Below, one piece after another: positions 26,033 to 40,800 of a DNA stretch of 63,875 nt. The notes under the pieces were generated by a model. That model saw only the letters and a list, made by a program, of their open reading frames with translations. It did not search any database and was not told the DNA's origin. Position 1 is the first letter of the stretch; every line of letters begins with the position of its first letter. The translations under genes and the position numbers were made by a program. Origin of the DNA: Jimgerdemannia flammicorona (lineage: Eukaryota); assembly GCA_003990765.1 (NCBI GenBank), contig RBNJ01000015.1:1-63875 (forward strand). The letters run 5' to 3'.

Positions 26033-29000
26033 GCATGTACTAGGTCGGGTGGACCTAGGGCCTTTGACTGGCAGCAGGTGGGGAGGAGTTATGGCCTGGG
26101 GATGGGGGCCTTCAGAGGGCCAAAGAGTGGAGAAGGCTCTGGAGGGGGACCAGTGTCCAGTGGCAATGGGGGAAGATCTGGTCTCCTGAGCTTTGCAGAC
26201 AAGGTTAAGGGGAGTCGGTGGCCAGCTGGTACTAGGGCTGGTGCTGCTGAAGGGAAGGGCAAGGTGAGCCTTGGGAGGGGGGGTGGTGCTCTGACTGGGA
26301 GTGCAGGCATAGGGGCTGGAGGTGCTATGGCTGGGGGTGTGACTATTGATGGGGTGTGATGGGGAATCAGGAAAAAAAAAGAGATGTGATGGCTGATGGC
26401 CAGGTGGAGCAGGGGTTCTCGATATAGAAGAGGAACCTGGCAGATGGTGTAATGGGGCTGGTAGTGACTCTGTTGCTCAAGAAGTCAATCTCAGAGTTTG
26501 TAGTGACCTTGTGCTTCTGGGGCTTGGCAGTAATGGTGAGGATGGTTCTGGGGCTTGTTTTGAAGCAGGTGGCTGGGGCAGCCTCAGTGAAGTTCTTGAA
26601 GGGTCTGGAGGGGGTCAAGGTGGGCTTTGAGAAGGTAGGCCCACTGGATGAGGCACTGAAGACTGGAGTCATGGTTGGGGAGATAGTGGTCTCCATGGTG
26701 TGGTGCTTGTGATGGGACCCCAGGGTGGTGCAGCTTCTGGTGAAGGGGGTGCCCATGGTGACTAAGGAGGAGACTAGGAAGAGGGTGGAGGAGGTGATGA
26801 TTGAGTATGGTGATGTGGTGGACATTGGCTTTCAGGTGTAGGAGGGGACAACGATAAGGATGGGCAACATTGATGTCAGGATTTGGCTGGTGGGCAAGGA
26901 GGCTATGGGGAAGGCAAGTGACTGGTCTTCTGTGCTGATGTGGGGGGCGTTCATCTGTAAGGTGTCAAGGGTGAAGAGGAGTAAGGAGGAGGAGGAGGAC
27001 TTGTTAGAGGTACTGGAGGAGATGAGTGGAGCTGTGGAGAGGAGGGCAAGGGCCTGGAAGATGTTTGAGGAGTCAACACATCTGGAGGTTGTGGATGGGA
27101 AACACATCCATACTGACAGGAAGCAGTAGGAGCAGGTACAGGAGCACAGGAGGCAGAGAGAACTACTTGCAAGTATGAAAGTAGAGGCAAAGCAGAAGGC
27201 GGTGAGAGCTGAAGGGTCTGGGGGTGTCAAAGCCAGTATTTGGGTGAGTAAAGGGGTTGGGGAGGTAGAGGCAGGCAAGGAAGGGGCTGAAAAGATACTG
27301 AGCAAGGACCCCTATACTGATGGCACTTTCGAGGTTTGGGAGCAGAAGCGATGGACAACAGAGGATACATCAATGAAGGGGGCCTAGCAAGTGTACTTTG
27401 GAGTCTCTGATGTGGAAAAAGGGGGTCAGGTGGTGGTGGTTGGTGAGGATAAGCTAGTGGATGTCCCTGAGGAGGAGTGGGATGAGGCTGCCAGTGTAGG
27501 GGCTGACACCATGATGTTGGACATGGGATGGCCAGGGCTCCAGGAGGGAAGGAGGTGGGGAACTTGCTGTGGATGAGCAAGGTGATGGATAACCTCACAG
27601 CTGAGACTTTGAGGGAAGTGGACCTGCAGGTAATGCCTGAAGAGTATTGGACATAGATTTTGCATGGCGAGGGAGTGGTGGAGGTACTGAAGGGGGAGAT
27701 TCTTTCGATTTTCCTAAAGGAGGAGGGATATGAGATTGATGAGGTGAGGAGGGCTGAGCTAGCAGTGGTCACTGGTGAGCAGGCAGCATACGGTTGGGTA
27801 GAGTGGTATGGTTTGCAGTTCTGGTAGGAGGCCTGTCTGGAATATCATGAGGACTTTGAGGAGCAAGAAGATGGGGCAATGGTAGAACTTCTGGGAGGGT
27901 TGGAGGCACAGGAAGCTGGTGAAAGAGAACTAGCTACTGATTATGACTTGGATTTGTTGCAGGAGGAGTGGGATGTGGAATTGTAGAGGGTGGGTTCATG
28001 ATACAACTTTTTTTCTCTTATAAACAGTACAACCAACATCTTCTCTTTGAATGTGAATAGGCTAAGGGGATCTGGGCAGCATAAGAACATTTTTAATTGG
28101 CTCAAGGGATTGGAGGCCAATCTCTTTTTACTGCAGGATGTTTGGTGTGAGGATGAGGATGATCAGGTTGAATGGACTAGGGAATGGGGTGGGGCTACTA
28201 CTTGGTTTGGAAAAGTGGCGATTCTGGTGAGGAAGGGTAGAGGAGACTTGGGGGGTATTGGGAGCTGGAGTGATTGCTTGGTCTGGGGAGATTGACATTG
28301 GCCAGGGTGGGAGTTGGTGAGGGTTGGCTCTTGCTACTGCCCTGTGGCTAGGGGTGAGAGGATTGCATGGATTAAGGAGCTACTGGAGGAGGGTATTCTC
28401 TTGGTGGAAGGGGTTGATGTGCTTGGGGGGGACTAATATGGTTCGGGATCAGCATCTGGACCAAACTGATGGTGAGAGGAGTATAGGAGAGAGAAGTGGA
28501 GGCCTGGATGCATGAGAGGAGGTGGAGCAGCTGAGCTCCTTAGGGGATATGGGCAGAATACAATGGGGCAACTCCAGGGTCTACACACATTGGGTGAATG
28601 GCTTAGGTATGAGAATTGACTGGATTCTGATAGCAGAATGCTGGGGGTCTGATGTCTGGAAGATATTGGAGGTGGAATAGTGCCCATAGTCTGATCACTA
28701 GGGACTGTTGGGACAGAGGTAGTTTGGGGGGAGTGGAGATGGACTTGGACATTGGTGCCTTAACTCCTCCCTGCTGGCTGAGAAGGGGTTATGGGATTCA
28801 TAGGTGGAGGACATTCAGGCAAAAGTTTCTTACTGGAGGTATGAGGGTTTATCAGTGGATGTCCATTGGATGAGATTGAAAGAGGCTACGAGGGTCTATT
28901 GGGGAGGGGCTGGGAGAGAAGCTGGGAGACAGAGGAGGAAGTGCACAAGGTGTACTTCCAACAGGCTGAGGAGAGTGCAAATGGATTGGGCAGGTTTGCT

Positions 29001-31742
29001 TACTTCTGATGGAGTAGAGGATTGGAGGTTAGTGTGGATTAAATTGGAGATAATGGAACTGCAGCAGGTGTTGAAAGAAGAGGAGGAGATGTATATATGA
29101 GGTATGGCTACTAGGCTAAGATAGCAGGGCTTGAGGAGGGTGAGCAGTCTACTAGATATTTATCCCATCTGCTCAAAGCTAGGAGGGTGAGACATTGGTG
29201 GGATAGAGTCCTAGATACTGATGGGGATATGGTACATGGCATGCAACAAATCTTAGGGGTTTTGAAGGAGAGATGACAGAGTTTGTAGAGTAAGGAAGAA
29301 GGGGGTATTGATGAGGCAGCTATTGAAGATACATTAGGGGAATGGAGGCCACTGCAAGTGGCTGGACTGGATGACTTGGCCTTGCTGGTGCAAGGTGAGG
29401 AGATCCAGAGTGCCCTTGTGGCAACTAAAACTGGAACAGCACCAGGAGAGAATGGACTACTGTGGGACTTCTGGAAGAAGATAGTTAAGGTCTCCAGCAT
29501 TTTGGGTGAGATGACTGCTCTCTGTGATCATGTTCTTCAGAGTGGTGAGTGGGTTGGAGAGCAGGACCTCAGGCTAGTGGCTTTATTGTACAAAGACAAG
29601 GGGAGGAGAGAAGACTGGAAGAACTAGTGACTGATCATGCTTTTGGATATAGATAGAAAGATGGTGACTAAGGTGGTTGTTGCAAGGCTACAGAAGGTTG
29701 CCCAACAGGTGCTGGGGGAGGAGCAGCGGGGCTTTGTTGGAGGCAGACTTATAAGAGATGGGACTGTATGTCATTGAAGGAGCCCAGGCTTGTGGCCTGG
29801 ATGGAAGGTTGGTCTTCTTGGACCAGGAGAAGGTCTATGACCAGGTCTAGCAGGTTTGGCTGGACAAGGTGTTGGATCATATTGGTGTTTCTCTAGGATT
29901 TCGGGCTTCTATGGTGAATCTGCTAGAGAGCAGTCAGGCGGCGCTGATGTGTAATGGTCACTGTAGTCTGGCATTTATCTTGAGAAGAGGGATTCCTCAG
30001 GGGGACCCCCTGTCCCCTATTCTTTATACCCTCTCATTGGAACCATTGATGGATAGGATTTGCCAGAAGGTAGTAGGGCTCTCTATCTATGACATAGTGT
30101 GGAAGGTGGGAGCCTTTGCAGATGATATAGTGGTTGGCCTTGGGTCTGTGGCAGATGTCGAGGCACTTAAGGAGACAGTAGAATGGTATGAGAATCACTC
30201 TGGGGCAAAGCTCAACTGACATAAGTGTGAGACTATGGTGCTAGGGAATGGGCTGGTGGGTGGGGACATCATTGGAACAATTGTCCCTACTGGTGAGGTA
30301 GTACAGTATCTGGGCATCTTCCTCTCTGTATATGGCTCTGTCTTGCCATGAGTGTGGTGGGAGAGCAGGGTGGCTGTTTGGGGGGAGACCCTTTGAGGTT
30401 GGGGAGGCTGCCATATCTCTCTAGTAGAGCAGGTATCAATTCTGAATATATACTGGTTCCCCAAGCTGTGGTATGTGGCCTACTACCTAGATTTCTCAGC
30501 TTGGGTAGTGAAGAGGCTGACAAAGGTGGCTAGGGATTAGATTTGGGCAGAGAGGAGGCCCCAGATCAGTTGGGATACTCTTGTGACACCAGTGGTCAGG
30601 GGAGGTCTTGACCTTGTGGATTTTCCTAAGAGGTTGCACTGCTTGCGAGCCTGGTGGTTGAAGAGAGCAGCTAAACTGCAAGGAGGGGGTTGGGTGCCTC
30701 TGCTGCAGAAGGTGTGGGAGATGAGAACCTCTCCCTGAGGGTTCTCAGGAGATCTACTCTCTTTGGTAGAGCTCAATAGAATTTGGAGGCTGTAGTTTAA
30801 GGGCTTTTGGTGGAGAGTGGTTGATGGAGTACACAGAATTGGTCTGTGTTGGCAAGGCAATGAGGGGGTGGTGTTGTGGGAACCTAGTATATGGCAATAG
30901 GATAGACTGCTTCTGGGGGGTGCTCCACTTACTGCTTTTGATATTGGGGATGGAGTGGAGTGTCAGCAGGGTCTTGGCCAGGATCTTGGCTGAGTGGTTA
31001 GTAGGCAGTTGGGATTGGTGAGGAGTGGGACTGGGCAGGTATCTGGTCTTAGAGTGCTGAGGTATGGCAGTGGCTTCCCCCCAAGTTTTGGGTGGTGTGG
31101 TGGCGAATGCTATAGAGGAATGTCATGCTGAATTTCCACACTGGATATCTGGTAGATGGTGGCTGTTTCGATTGTGAGGAGTATTACAATGTAGGGCAAG
31201 CTGGGGGTTTGGTGCAGATGCTGGAATATTGGCTGGGAGAGTGTGAGGTTTTGGGAGACTTTTGGGTTGAAATAGGGAATAGACTGAGTGTAGAGTACAG
31301 GCTGGTGGATGAGGGGGATTGCTGGGAGGACTTGAGATCTTGGCTAGTAGGGGGGGTGGGTGATAGTTAGCTTACTGTCGGGTGGGTGTTAGTAGTTTGA
31401 GTGGGATTGGCAGGATATTGGCTATTTGTATTTGAGGAGAGGTGGCAGATGAGACTACAGGAGAAGGTTTTAAGGTGGGAGGAGCTGTTGGAGGATCTGA
31501 TGACTAGATGGTGGATAGGTTGGAGTCCTTCAGGGGGGCAATGGTGAGGTTTGGTGGTGAGGATATGCAAACAGAGTGGTGGAAGGGTAGGGATTGTATT
31601 CGATAGATTGGTGTTTTATCAAGAAGGGGTAGGGGGGAGGGGCCCCTCTAGGGGGATTGGATAGGGGGTGGGTTTGCTGTACTTATGAGATAGATGGGTG
31701 TAATAAAGGAAGAGTCCAAGTGACTATAAAAAAAAAAAAAAA
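26033..31742 (+). mobile_element. Non-LTR retrotransposon, L1/Tx1-like clade (ORF1 plus APE-RT ORF2, degenerate)
   Basis: APE start FSLNVN.LR...FLLQD ~28040; APGENGL ~29440; EQRGFVGGRLI ~29720; RGIPQGDPLSPILY and AFADD in ORF 29869-30219; AATAAA at 31702 and poly(A) 31729-31742. The 5' boundary is approximate (25927-26035). Confidence 0.92.
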
Positions 31743-32824
31743 TATGCAAATAGACCACATCATACTACTCTCAGACCAATAGTATGACAGAAAGAATGAA
31801 CCAGACTATCAAGAAAAGACTTGCCTGAGTTAATCCTACTAACTGAGACCTCTGCTTACCTGAGATTCTATGGGAAATTCAGAATACCCCTGCTGCCTCC
31901 ACCAAACAGAAGCCATTCAAAATGATGTTTGTCAAGAAAACCAAAACTACTGATCATGAGAATCTCAGAGACCTCCTCAAGAAGGCAGAACAGTTATGTA
32001 ATCAAGCCTAAGCTCAGATTATCAAAGCTCAAGAAAGACAAAAAAGTACTATAACTAGAAGCAGAAGGATCAAAAGATCAAAATTGTAGATCAAGTACTA
32101 GTTTGGAGAAGTATGATTGAAATAAATTTTGCTACCAAACTGGAGCTCAAGTGGAAAGAACCTTATCTTATATACAATATCAGAGGAACCAGCATCTATT
32201 TAAGAAGCATAGATGGATGAACCCTCAGAACACTAGTATACATCAACTACCTTAAGATATATCTTTCCATTATAAACCAGAAAATTGACAACTATCTCTA
32301 GACTCTTATCCTTAGTTCTCTCTAAGCCCTATCAATTCTTCTGCCACAGTTCTGAGAGCCCAATGGAATATATCTTCAAAGAATCTGGATCTATCAAGAA
32401 AACCTCACTCTGGCTGAGAGACTACTTCAGATCCACCAGCTATAGACCTACTATGCAATTAGAATAATTATAGAATCTTCTCCTCTCAGACCTGGTCTAT
32501 GTCTGCAATACCACTGATCTGAACAGAAGAAATATCACTGCTGTAGAAAGATTATATACAATCTACAAATGAAATCCTTCAGCTCTAATCTAGACCCAGT
32601 TCTTTCTGAATTATCTCTAAAAAATAGCTCTGCCCACCTACCTCAGTATTATTCACTAAGTTGAGATCCTATTTCTCAAGGAAAAAGAAGAGCCTTTAGA
32701 ATGGAGTGACCATAGTATAAACAATGAAGATGATGGAACAGGTATAGATACAGAAGCTACTTATGCTTATTGAGATGATGACTGAAGAATAGTCTGAGAC
32801 AGACTATCCTTTAGTGAGGGCTGA

Positions 32825-34062
32825 TGTGATGAGCAAATAGTATAATATAGCCAGATGATATGAACTCTCAGCATAGTATAGTTATTTATACACATCATCA
32901 TACTTATAATTAGCCAAGATACTAAATCAGAGTTGTTTATCTGTATTCTGAGGACATACCTATATCCAACAGACACACTTATATCCTACAGATATACTCA
33001 TATCCTATGGACACACTCAAACATTACCAGAAATAGTAAATTATAATTATCTAGATAGTAACTAGATAGCAACCATAATATATAAAATACCCTAGAGACA
33101 AAAGTGAATAAACCTTAGTTTGAAATTTGAGTTTAAAGCAAAAGACAAGTCTGCCTACTATACTTCAAGAGGAACTCTATAGCTACTGCTAGGAGATTGT
33201 GAGTTTTGCTATTTCTGGTCTACTTTCTGATATAAAGAAGAGTTTGTTACATTTTTGATTTACTTGCTAAATAAGTCTTAAGATTTGCCACTAAAGTTTA
33301 AGGAAGAACTTTACTGCCTTTTGAAGAGAAATCTGCTGCTTAAGAAATAAGCTGCTATATTTTGGTCTGTTTGCCAGATAAGTCTGAAGAGAAATCTATA
33401 TTCCCAAAGAGCCTTAAGGAATCTTACCACAAGTCAGTCTCTTGATATATCTTTACAGTGGAGTCAGTTCATCTGATGTAACCCTGTATAAATGAAGCCA
33501 GTCTTTAATATAACTTACAAAGAATCTGAGTTATTTTCCAGAAGTCAACTGATTTAAGAAAAGTCTGTAACATCTTAAGTTATCTGAGTTATTGAGTTAT
33601 CTGTACCATCCAGCCATATCAATTATCTGCCACTTCTAGAAGAACTACTGAGTTATTATTTCCAGTGAGTTTATTTAGGAGAATCTGTACCAAATCAGAT
33701 TATCTGCTAGAAATTATATACTTTTGAAGATTATTACACCAAGATCATTATGTAGAAATCACATACTTTTGGAGATTATCATACTATATAGAGATCATCC
33801 ATCACTCAAGAAGAAAAACTACTAAATTGCCAGACCATTATAAATAAGAAATATCTATATTACATATGAAATTACTACTATACTTAGAGAATCTATCTCA
33901 ATAAGAAAATTGACTGCAGATATCCAACTTTGACTATTATACTACTAAATATCAAGAATCTTAGAAATTTTGTTACTTTTTGATAAAGTAACTGGGGGCT
34001 TAAGCCAAACTACATTAACCCCCAACTTTGTAATTTGTCTCTATTGAGCTAGGTATATTACA
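32825..34062 (+). repeat. 3' LTR of family B copy 2
   Basis: TG...CA termini; homologous to 10183-11443, with a more divergent U3. Confidence 0.88.
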
Positions 34063-34856
34063 CTAGTACTAATATAATAAATTAGAATATTTGTTATTGA
34101 ATAATATATCTTCAACTTAATAATAGCTATAGTTAGTGCCAGGTGAATAATATTTAGCTCTTCTGTATATTTTTAAATTTCTTAATTATTATTCTCTAAT
34201 ATATCTATTAGAAAATTATAAATAAGAATAATAGAATAAATTATTAAATATTTATAATAAGCTGTAAGATCTGTTGCTTGTTAAAGTACTTTAGTATACC
34301 AATAATATCTTTTAGCATCTATTAAATATAGTCTTCTATAGTATATTTTTGTAAATCTTTATTAGCTACATATAACTGTTGAGATTAAAGACTATTAATA
34401 AATTAATTTATTAGATTATTTAAAAAAAAAAAATAAATATAATATAATCAGCTTATCTCTGATAATTTTAAGATCTGTTTAACTATCAAATATATTGAAT
34501 TCTATTAAGTTTTAACATACAAAATAAGTTCTTTTAGATTGTAGACTCCAAAAGTTTTATATTATATAGTAAATCTCTCTTAATGTTGTGGTAATAATTA
34601 GGATTAATTAGAGCTTTGAAATTATTTCTCTAGAACCATCTTTACTCACATTATTATTAGTTTTTAAATAAACTTAAAGTCCTAAATAGCCAAATTAATA
34701 ATATAAGTCAGGTAGTATATATGTTATATTAGCTGATAGTTGAGATTAGTATAATCAAACTCTATCCTAATTATTTGAAAAAACATAGTATTGTTAGATA
34801 TATTGTCTGTTATTATAGCTAATATCTAGAGTGAAAAATCAATAATTTGAATATAT

Positions 34857-37800
34857 ATCTTATATCTCTTGGGAACTAGTCTGAGAGAATTTCCAGTAGA
34901 GGAGATTTTCTATTTCATATTCTTACTATATCTAGAGATATTCAGTAGTAATAGTGATCCTTGTCTTTATTTTATAGTAGTCGAGGATAAAGTAGTAAGA
35001 GTCACTAGTACTCAGGTTAAGACTAAGAGTCCTTCTTATATGGATCCTCATAGCTCTTCCAATATTTGGAATATTCTTTCTTAGACTGAGAATTCTTAGT
35101 GGTTCCTGAATCTTGAAGTTTGGTAGGCAGTAGACATTTTATTTATAGTGAATCTTTGAGCTATTTTGGAGTTTTGTGAGTTTTTTTTTTGAGTTACTAC
35201 TGCTATAGTTCATTAGTTCTTCTTTTATATTCCTTGAGATATCTATCTTATAGTTGTGATGACTTATGATTAGTCATTATTGCTCATCTTATAGTCTGGG
35301 TAAATTATGCTATATATATAATCTTCTTGTACTCCAATCTGGTGGTTTATAAGAAAAGGCTATTTCCTGTGATGATGTCACTATTCTGAGATCACTATTA
35401 TATCTTCCTCCTGAATAAGGATCTTCTCTTGAACATCCTTATTTATTAGTCTAGTCTGAAAAATTTGCTAATTCTATAATCTCTAGTAGGGGGTTGAAAA
35501 GTGGTATTTATAGACTGATGTCTTTCTTATATATTTTGGCATAATAGTGAAGGGTCACTCTCTTTATATAGAGCAAGAGCCTAATTCTGATCTTGACTAA
35601 TCAGTTGATAATTCAAACTCCTCTAACTTCAAAAGTCTTATAGATAAGTAGTTACTGATACTATATCCCTTAGAGAATGGTCCAGACAGATTGCCTACTA
35701 GTTATAAGACATGCTGTTATGATTAGCAGACTAGAACCTCATGGGTGGTTATTATGTTTTACTTCTATTATATGAGTTCATGGTACTTCTTGAGTCTATT
35801 CCTATATACTGTGGTAGGTAGTATAGTCTCTAAGAGTTTTTTAAGCCAGAAGATAGTTCTCTTGATATCTTGTATATATGTAGAAGAGTTCTTCCTATTT
35901 AGGCTCCAGTTTTTGTAACCATGAGACTTTTACTATATTTCAATATAGTAGAACCTTTTCTCCAATTTGAATGGATTCTAGGGTCTTGTAATTTTTTTCT
36001 GCATTCTTTCTTATCAGTGCTTATGACTTGATAATGTAATCTTCTGCCTTCTTCTTGATTTAGTATAGTCTCCAGATTTCTGAGTCAATCTGTTGCTAAG
36101 TTAGATCTAGATTTATAGCTGAGGTTTCATTAGAATCTTCTTCTCTAAAGAGCAGTTCTCTTAGGGTAAAGTGTGTGCTCTGTGACTATATATCTTATAA
36201 GACAGAGAGGGCAGTTAAGAGATAGTTATCTCAATTTTCATATATTTCTAAGATCTTGGCCAGAATATTCTTAAGAGTCTTATTGGTTCTTTCTATCTAT
36301 CTATTTTCTTGAGAGTAATATATAGTAGTCTTGATGTGTTGAATTTTGTATTTTTGATACATTATCTCATGGAATCTGTTGATAAATTCTGTATCACAGT
36401 CTGTGGTGATTTGTCTTGATATCTTATAGTAGCAGATAATTTCTCAGTATAGGAAGTCAGCAATAGAGAGAGCATTGGCTTCTTGTAATGCTCTTACTTC
36501 TATCTATTTGATAAAGAGGTCTACAATAACTATGATATAGTGGTTTCCTAATAGAGTTACTGATAGTAGTCCAATAATGTCTATTGTAATATAGTAGAAG
36601 AGAATAGATTTGATTCTTGATGATTCAGATATCTGGTCTTGCTGATCTTGTTTCTGTTTTTGGTACTTGTCATACTCTTTGACAAATTGGTGCAGGTCTC
36701 CTTCTATCTTAGGCCACCACATAGTTCCTCTTGTCTTATCATATGTGTTAGTTCCTCCTAGGTATCCTTGTTTATATACTTTCTTCATTACTTGATACTT
36801 CTTATATTCAGATATTATGAGCTTTCCTCCTTTTCTGAGTATAGTGTTGTCTAGTTTGAATTGTTTTCAAGTTCAGTTGATAATAGTGATAGTCCAGAGT
36901 TTGAGATGGTTGGGCATCTTCTGTTGCTCAGATAGCTGATTAATCTATAGTATAACTCTTTATTTATATTGAATAGTCTTGATGGGAATATTTCAGGATG
37001 TCTTTGAAAGTATATCAGTATTGGCATTGGTTCTTCCTGAGTGGTATTTGATAGTACAGTTATACTTTTGCAGTCTGTAGATCTATCTGATATATATTTC
37101 TTTGGGGTTTAGAGTGTGGAATAGCTAGGTGAGAGCAGAGTGGTCTGTTTAAATAGTGAAGTATTTTCTGGTTAGGTAGTAGTGGAACTTGTCTACTGCT
37201 CAGACTACTACTAAGTATTTAAGCTTATATGACTCATAGTTCTGTTCTGCTCTATAGGTACCTCAGTTTGTATAGGATATGACATATTTATGTCCATCTT
37301 TCTTCTAAGCTAGCACTGCTCTAAGTCCTATAGTACTTATATCTGTCTACAGAATGTACTCTAGGTTCCAATCTGATCTTCTAAGGATAGATGCTTGGGT
37401 CAACCTGGTCTTGAGTTTATTGAAGGTTTCTTAACATTTCTTGGTCTATTTGAATTTGATCTCCTTCTTCAGTAACTCATAGATAGGTGCTACAATATTA
37501 GAGTATTCTTTAATAAATCTTCTGTAGTAGGAGGCCAGTCCAAGGAAAGCATGAACTTCTATAGTTGTTCTTGATATTAGATAGGCTGCAATAGTCTCAA
37601 TCTTCATAGGGTCTGTGTAAATTCCAGTCTGATTGATGATATGTTCTAGATAGACAATTTCTTGAGTAGCAAACTTATACTTCTTGAGCTTAATATAGAG
37701 ATCATACTCCTTGAGCTTCTTGAGAGCTAACTATATGTAGTTGATATATTACCATATAGTATTGCTGAAGATTATTATATCATTAATATAGATAAAGAGC

Positions 37801-40800
37801 TATTTTTCAATCTCATTACTGAAGATTCTATTTATTATTCACTGAAAACTTACTGAGGTATTGCATATTCCAAATGGTATTTGCAGGTAGATATAAGTTA
37901 TATCAGATATAATAAAGGCTGATTTTTTACTGGTATCTTAAGTGAGATCAATCTGATGAAAGCCTGAGAATAGATCCAAGGTGGTGTAGTATTTGGCTTC
38001 ACTTTCAAGAGTAGTAAGGATTTTTTAAATATTTAGTAAGGGTTGTCTATTCTTCTTGATGATTGTATTGAGCTTCCTATAATCAATGCAGAGTCTTAGA
38101 GCAAACTCTTCAGGCTTACTTTCTTTCTTTAGAGTGAGGACAATGGGTGAAGCCCAGAGACTGATAGCTCACTTGATGATACTGACTTCTTCTATTTCCT
38201 TGAGTTCTGCTCACAGCCATTCTCTATAGACAGATGGTATGGGTCTGGCTTTCTGGTAGATGGGCTTGGTATCACTAATGTTAACTTTGTAGTAGTACTT
38301 GGATTCTTAATTATAGATATCCCTAAAGTCTATGACAAGTACTCCTTTATTCTAATACAGGATCTTGAGAAGTTGTTCTTCTAGGGGAAAATTTTCTCCA
38401 ATGATATATATACTTATTTTGGTCCTTATCTGTCTTGTGCTCAAGTTCAGTAATCTTGGTGGTAGTAAAAACTCTTCTTCTAGTAGATTCAAAGCCTTGT
38501 TCTTCTCTCTTAGTCTTGATGAGTTTGATGGCTTCAGTGATCTTAGACTTCTTGACTTCATGGATCAGTATCTGATCAATTCTGTCATACTTCTTAACTT
38601 TAAATATAGTAGTGGATTGTGATTCCTGACTATAAGAAAGATCTCACCAGTATAATTAGGATCAATGACTCCTCTTCAACTGAGATTTTGCTCTTAGCCA
38701 GACTACTCCTGGTCTTGATAATTTTAGTATAGTTCTCTGGCAACTTGACTCCAATTGCAGTACCAAGTAGAGTAGTGATCTGTAGTTTAAGGATAGTATC
38801 TTGGATGCTGGCAAGATCTATTCCTATGACTCCTTCAGTCTTATATTCTGGGATCTTGGCTTCAGAGTAAAACTTCTTAACCTTGAGAGTGATATCTGAT
38901 TCTTATTCTTCCTTATCATCACTATCAGCTTGAAGCTCTGGAGGCTGGTCATCTTCTTCAGCTTTCCTTTTTACTTCAGCAGCTTCTTGCTCATATCTTT
39001 ATTTATAGATTTTTCTAACTTTACTGATATAGGACCAGTAGTCATTCAGGTGTTCAGAGTAGTATATCTTAGTACTATAGAGGTATCTTTCTTGAGAAGC
39101 ATAGCCATCAATGATCTTATTGTACCACTGCTTATCTATGAGCTTAGTTGTCTTACTTTTGTTTTTATATACTAAGTACATAAAGACTTCTATATTCTCT
39201 TTATCTCTTTTCTCCATATCTAGTAGTACTCCTTTGTAGACATTGATAGAGATTTATACCTTTCTTCCTCTATAGTTGATCTGTATTTTCTGGACATTGA
39301 GATCAATGATAGCCTTGGCCTTATGAAGCCATTGATTATTAATAAGGATATTATAGTTAGTAGTACTTGTAATAATCACATCTACTAAGATATATATATC
39401 TCTTAGACTAACTACAAGTTTGTTATAAGCAAGGTCTTATTGGAGTATCTTTCTAAGATCTTATAGTCCTCAAACTTCTTATCTTTAAACTGTCTTATTA
39501 TCTCTTAGATTGCTTATAAGAAATTGAGTATAAGTGAACTGAGGAGACTGACTTTATTTCAAAGAAAATGAGAGAGATATTTATATAAAATATAATTCAA
39601 TGGTTGCTAAGATATAAAGCTAAATATAAATTCCAATAATCAAATAAATAAGATACTGAAACACAGTAAACTTTAGTTATAAGTACAAATTTGAGTATCT
39701 GTATAAATGGTTATATAAGTTCAAAATATCAGTAGATTTTAGTTATATGTATGAGAAAAAAATGCTAGAAGATTTAGATGTTTAGATAAACAGTTATATA
39801 AGAAACTCAGAGCAGAATATTCAGAACCCTGGGGGCTTCATTTTCATTACTACTAGAGGTCAGGATGTCTTCAAAAGAAATGAGATTGGTGAATATTTCA
39901 TCTATTTCATATATATCATATATTTCATATGCTTTATATATGTCACCAATTAGTGAGATGATATCATCATATTTAGTAGTGACAGAGAGAGCAAAGAGAT
40001 CAGGGGCTCTTCAATCTATGAGATTCTCTTTTATAAAATATAGAACAAATATAAGATCTTGAGGAGATTTAATCCAGATACTAGAGCCTTAGAATACTAA
40101 GATTAATTCTTGTAGAAATTGATCAGGATTATTCTCAAGAATGAGATTTCAGAACTCTTCTATGTATCTCACCACTATTGAGAGTAATGGTGAATTGGGC
40201 TTCTGTAGCCACTATGGCCTTTAGTATATTTATATGGTAGGCTGACAATTTTTTGAAGTCTGAGACTCTGGTATACTTTAAGTTGGAGATTGACTATAGT
40301 ATATATCTGAAGATCTGATAAATCTTCTTAACTATTCTTATTTCATATTCATCTATGGGAGTGATATCTTGTATCTCTTAAAGACTGGTCTGAGGAAATT
40401 TCCAGCAGAGGAAGTTTCCTATTTCATATTCCTACTCTATTCAGAGACATTCAGTAGTAATAGTGATCCTTGTCTCTATTTTATAACAGTTGAGAATAAA
40501 GTGGTAAGAATCACTGATACCTAGATTGAGGCTAGGAGTAAGTTCTCATAGCTCTTCTGATATCTTAGAATATTCTTTCTTGAACTGAGAATTCTTGATA
40601 GTTCCTGGATCTTGAGGTTTGGTAAATAGTAGAAATTTTGTTTATAGTGAGTCTTTGAGCTATTTCGGGGTTTTGTGAGTCTTGTTTGAGTTACTGCTTC
40701 TGTGGTTCCTTAGTCCTTCTTTTATATTCTTTGAGATATCTATCTTATAGTTGTGATGACTCCTAGTTAGTTATTATTACTCATCTTATAGCCTGAGTAA

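Noticed and set aside
26367-27772. Long Ser/Pro/Thr-rich minus-strand ORFs
   Set aside because: They are antisense to the G-rich LINE ORF1 and are compositional artefacts.
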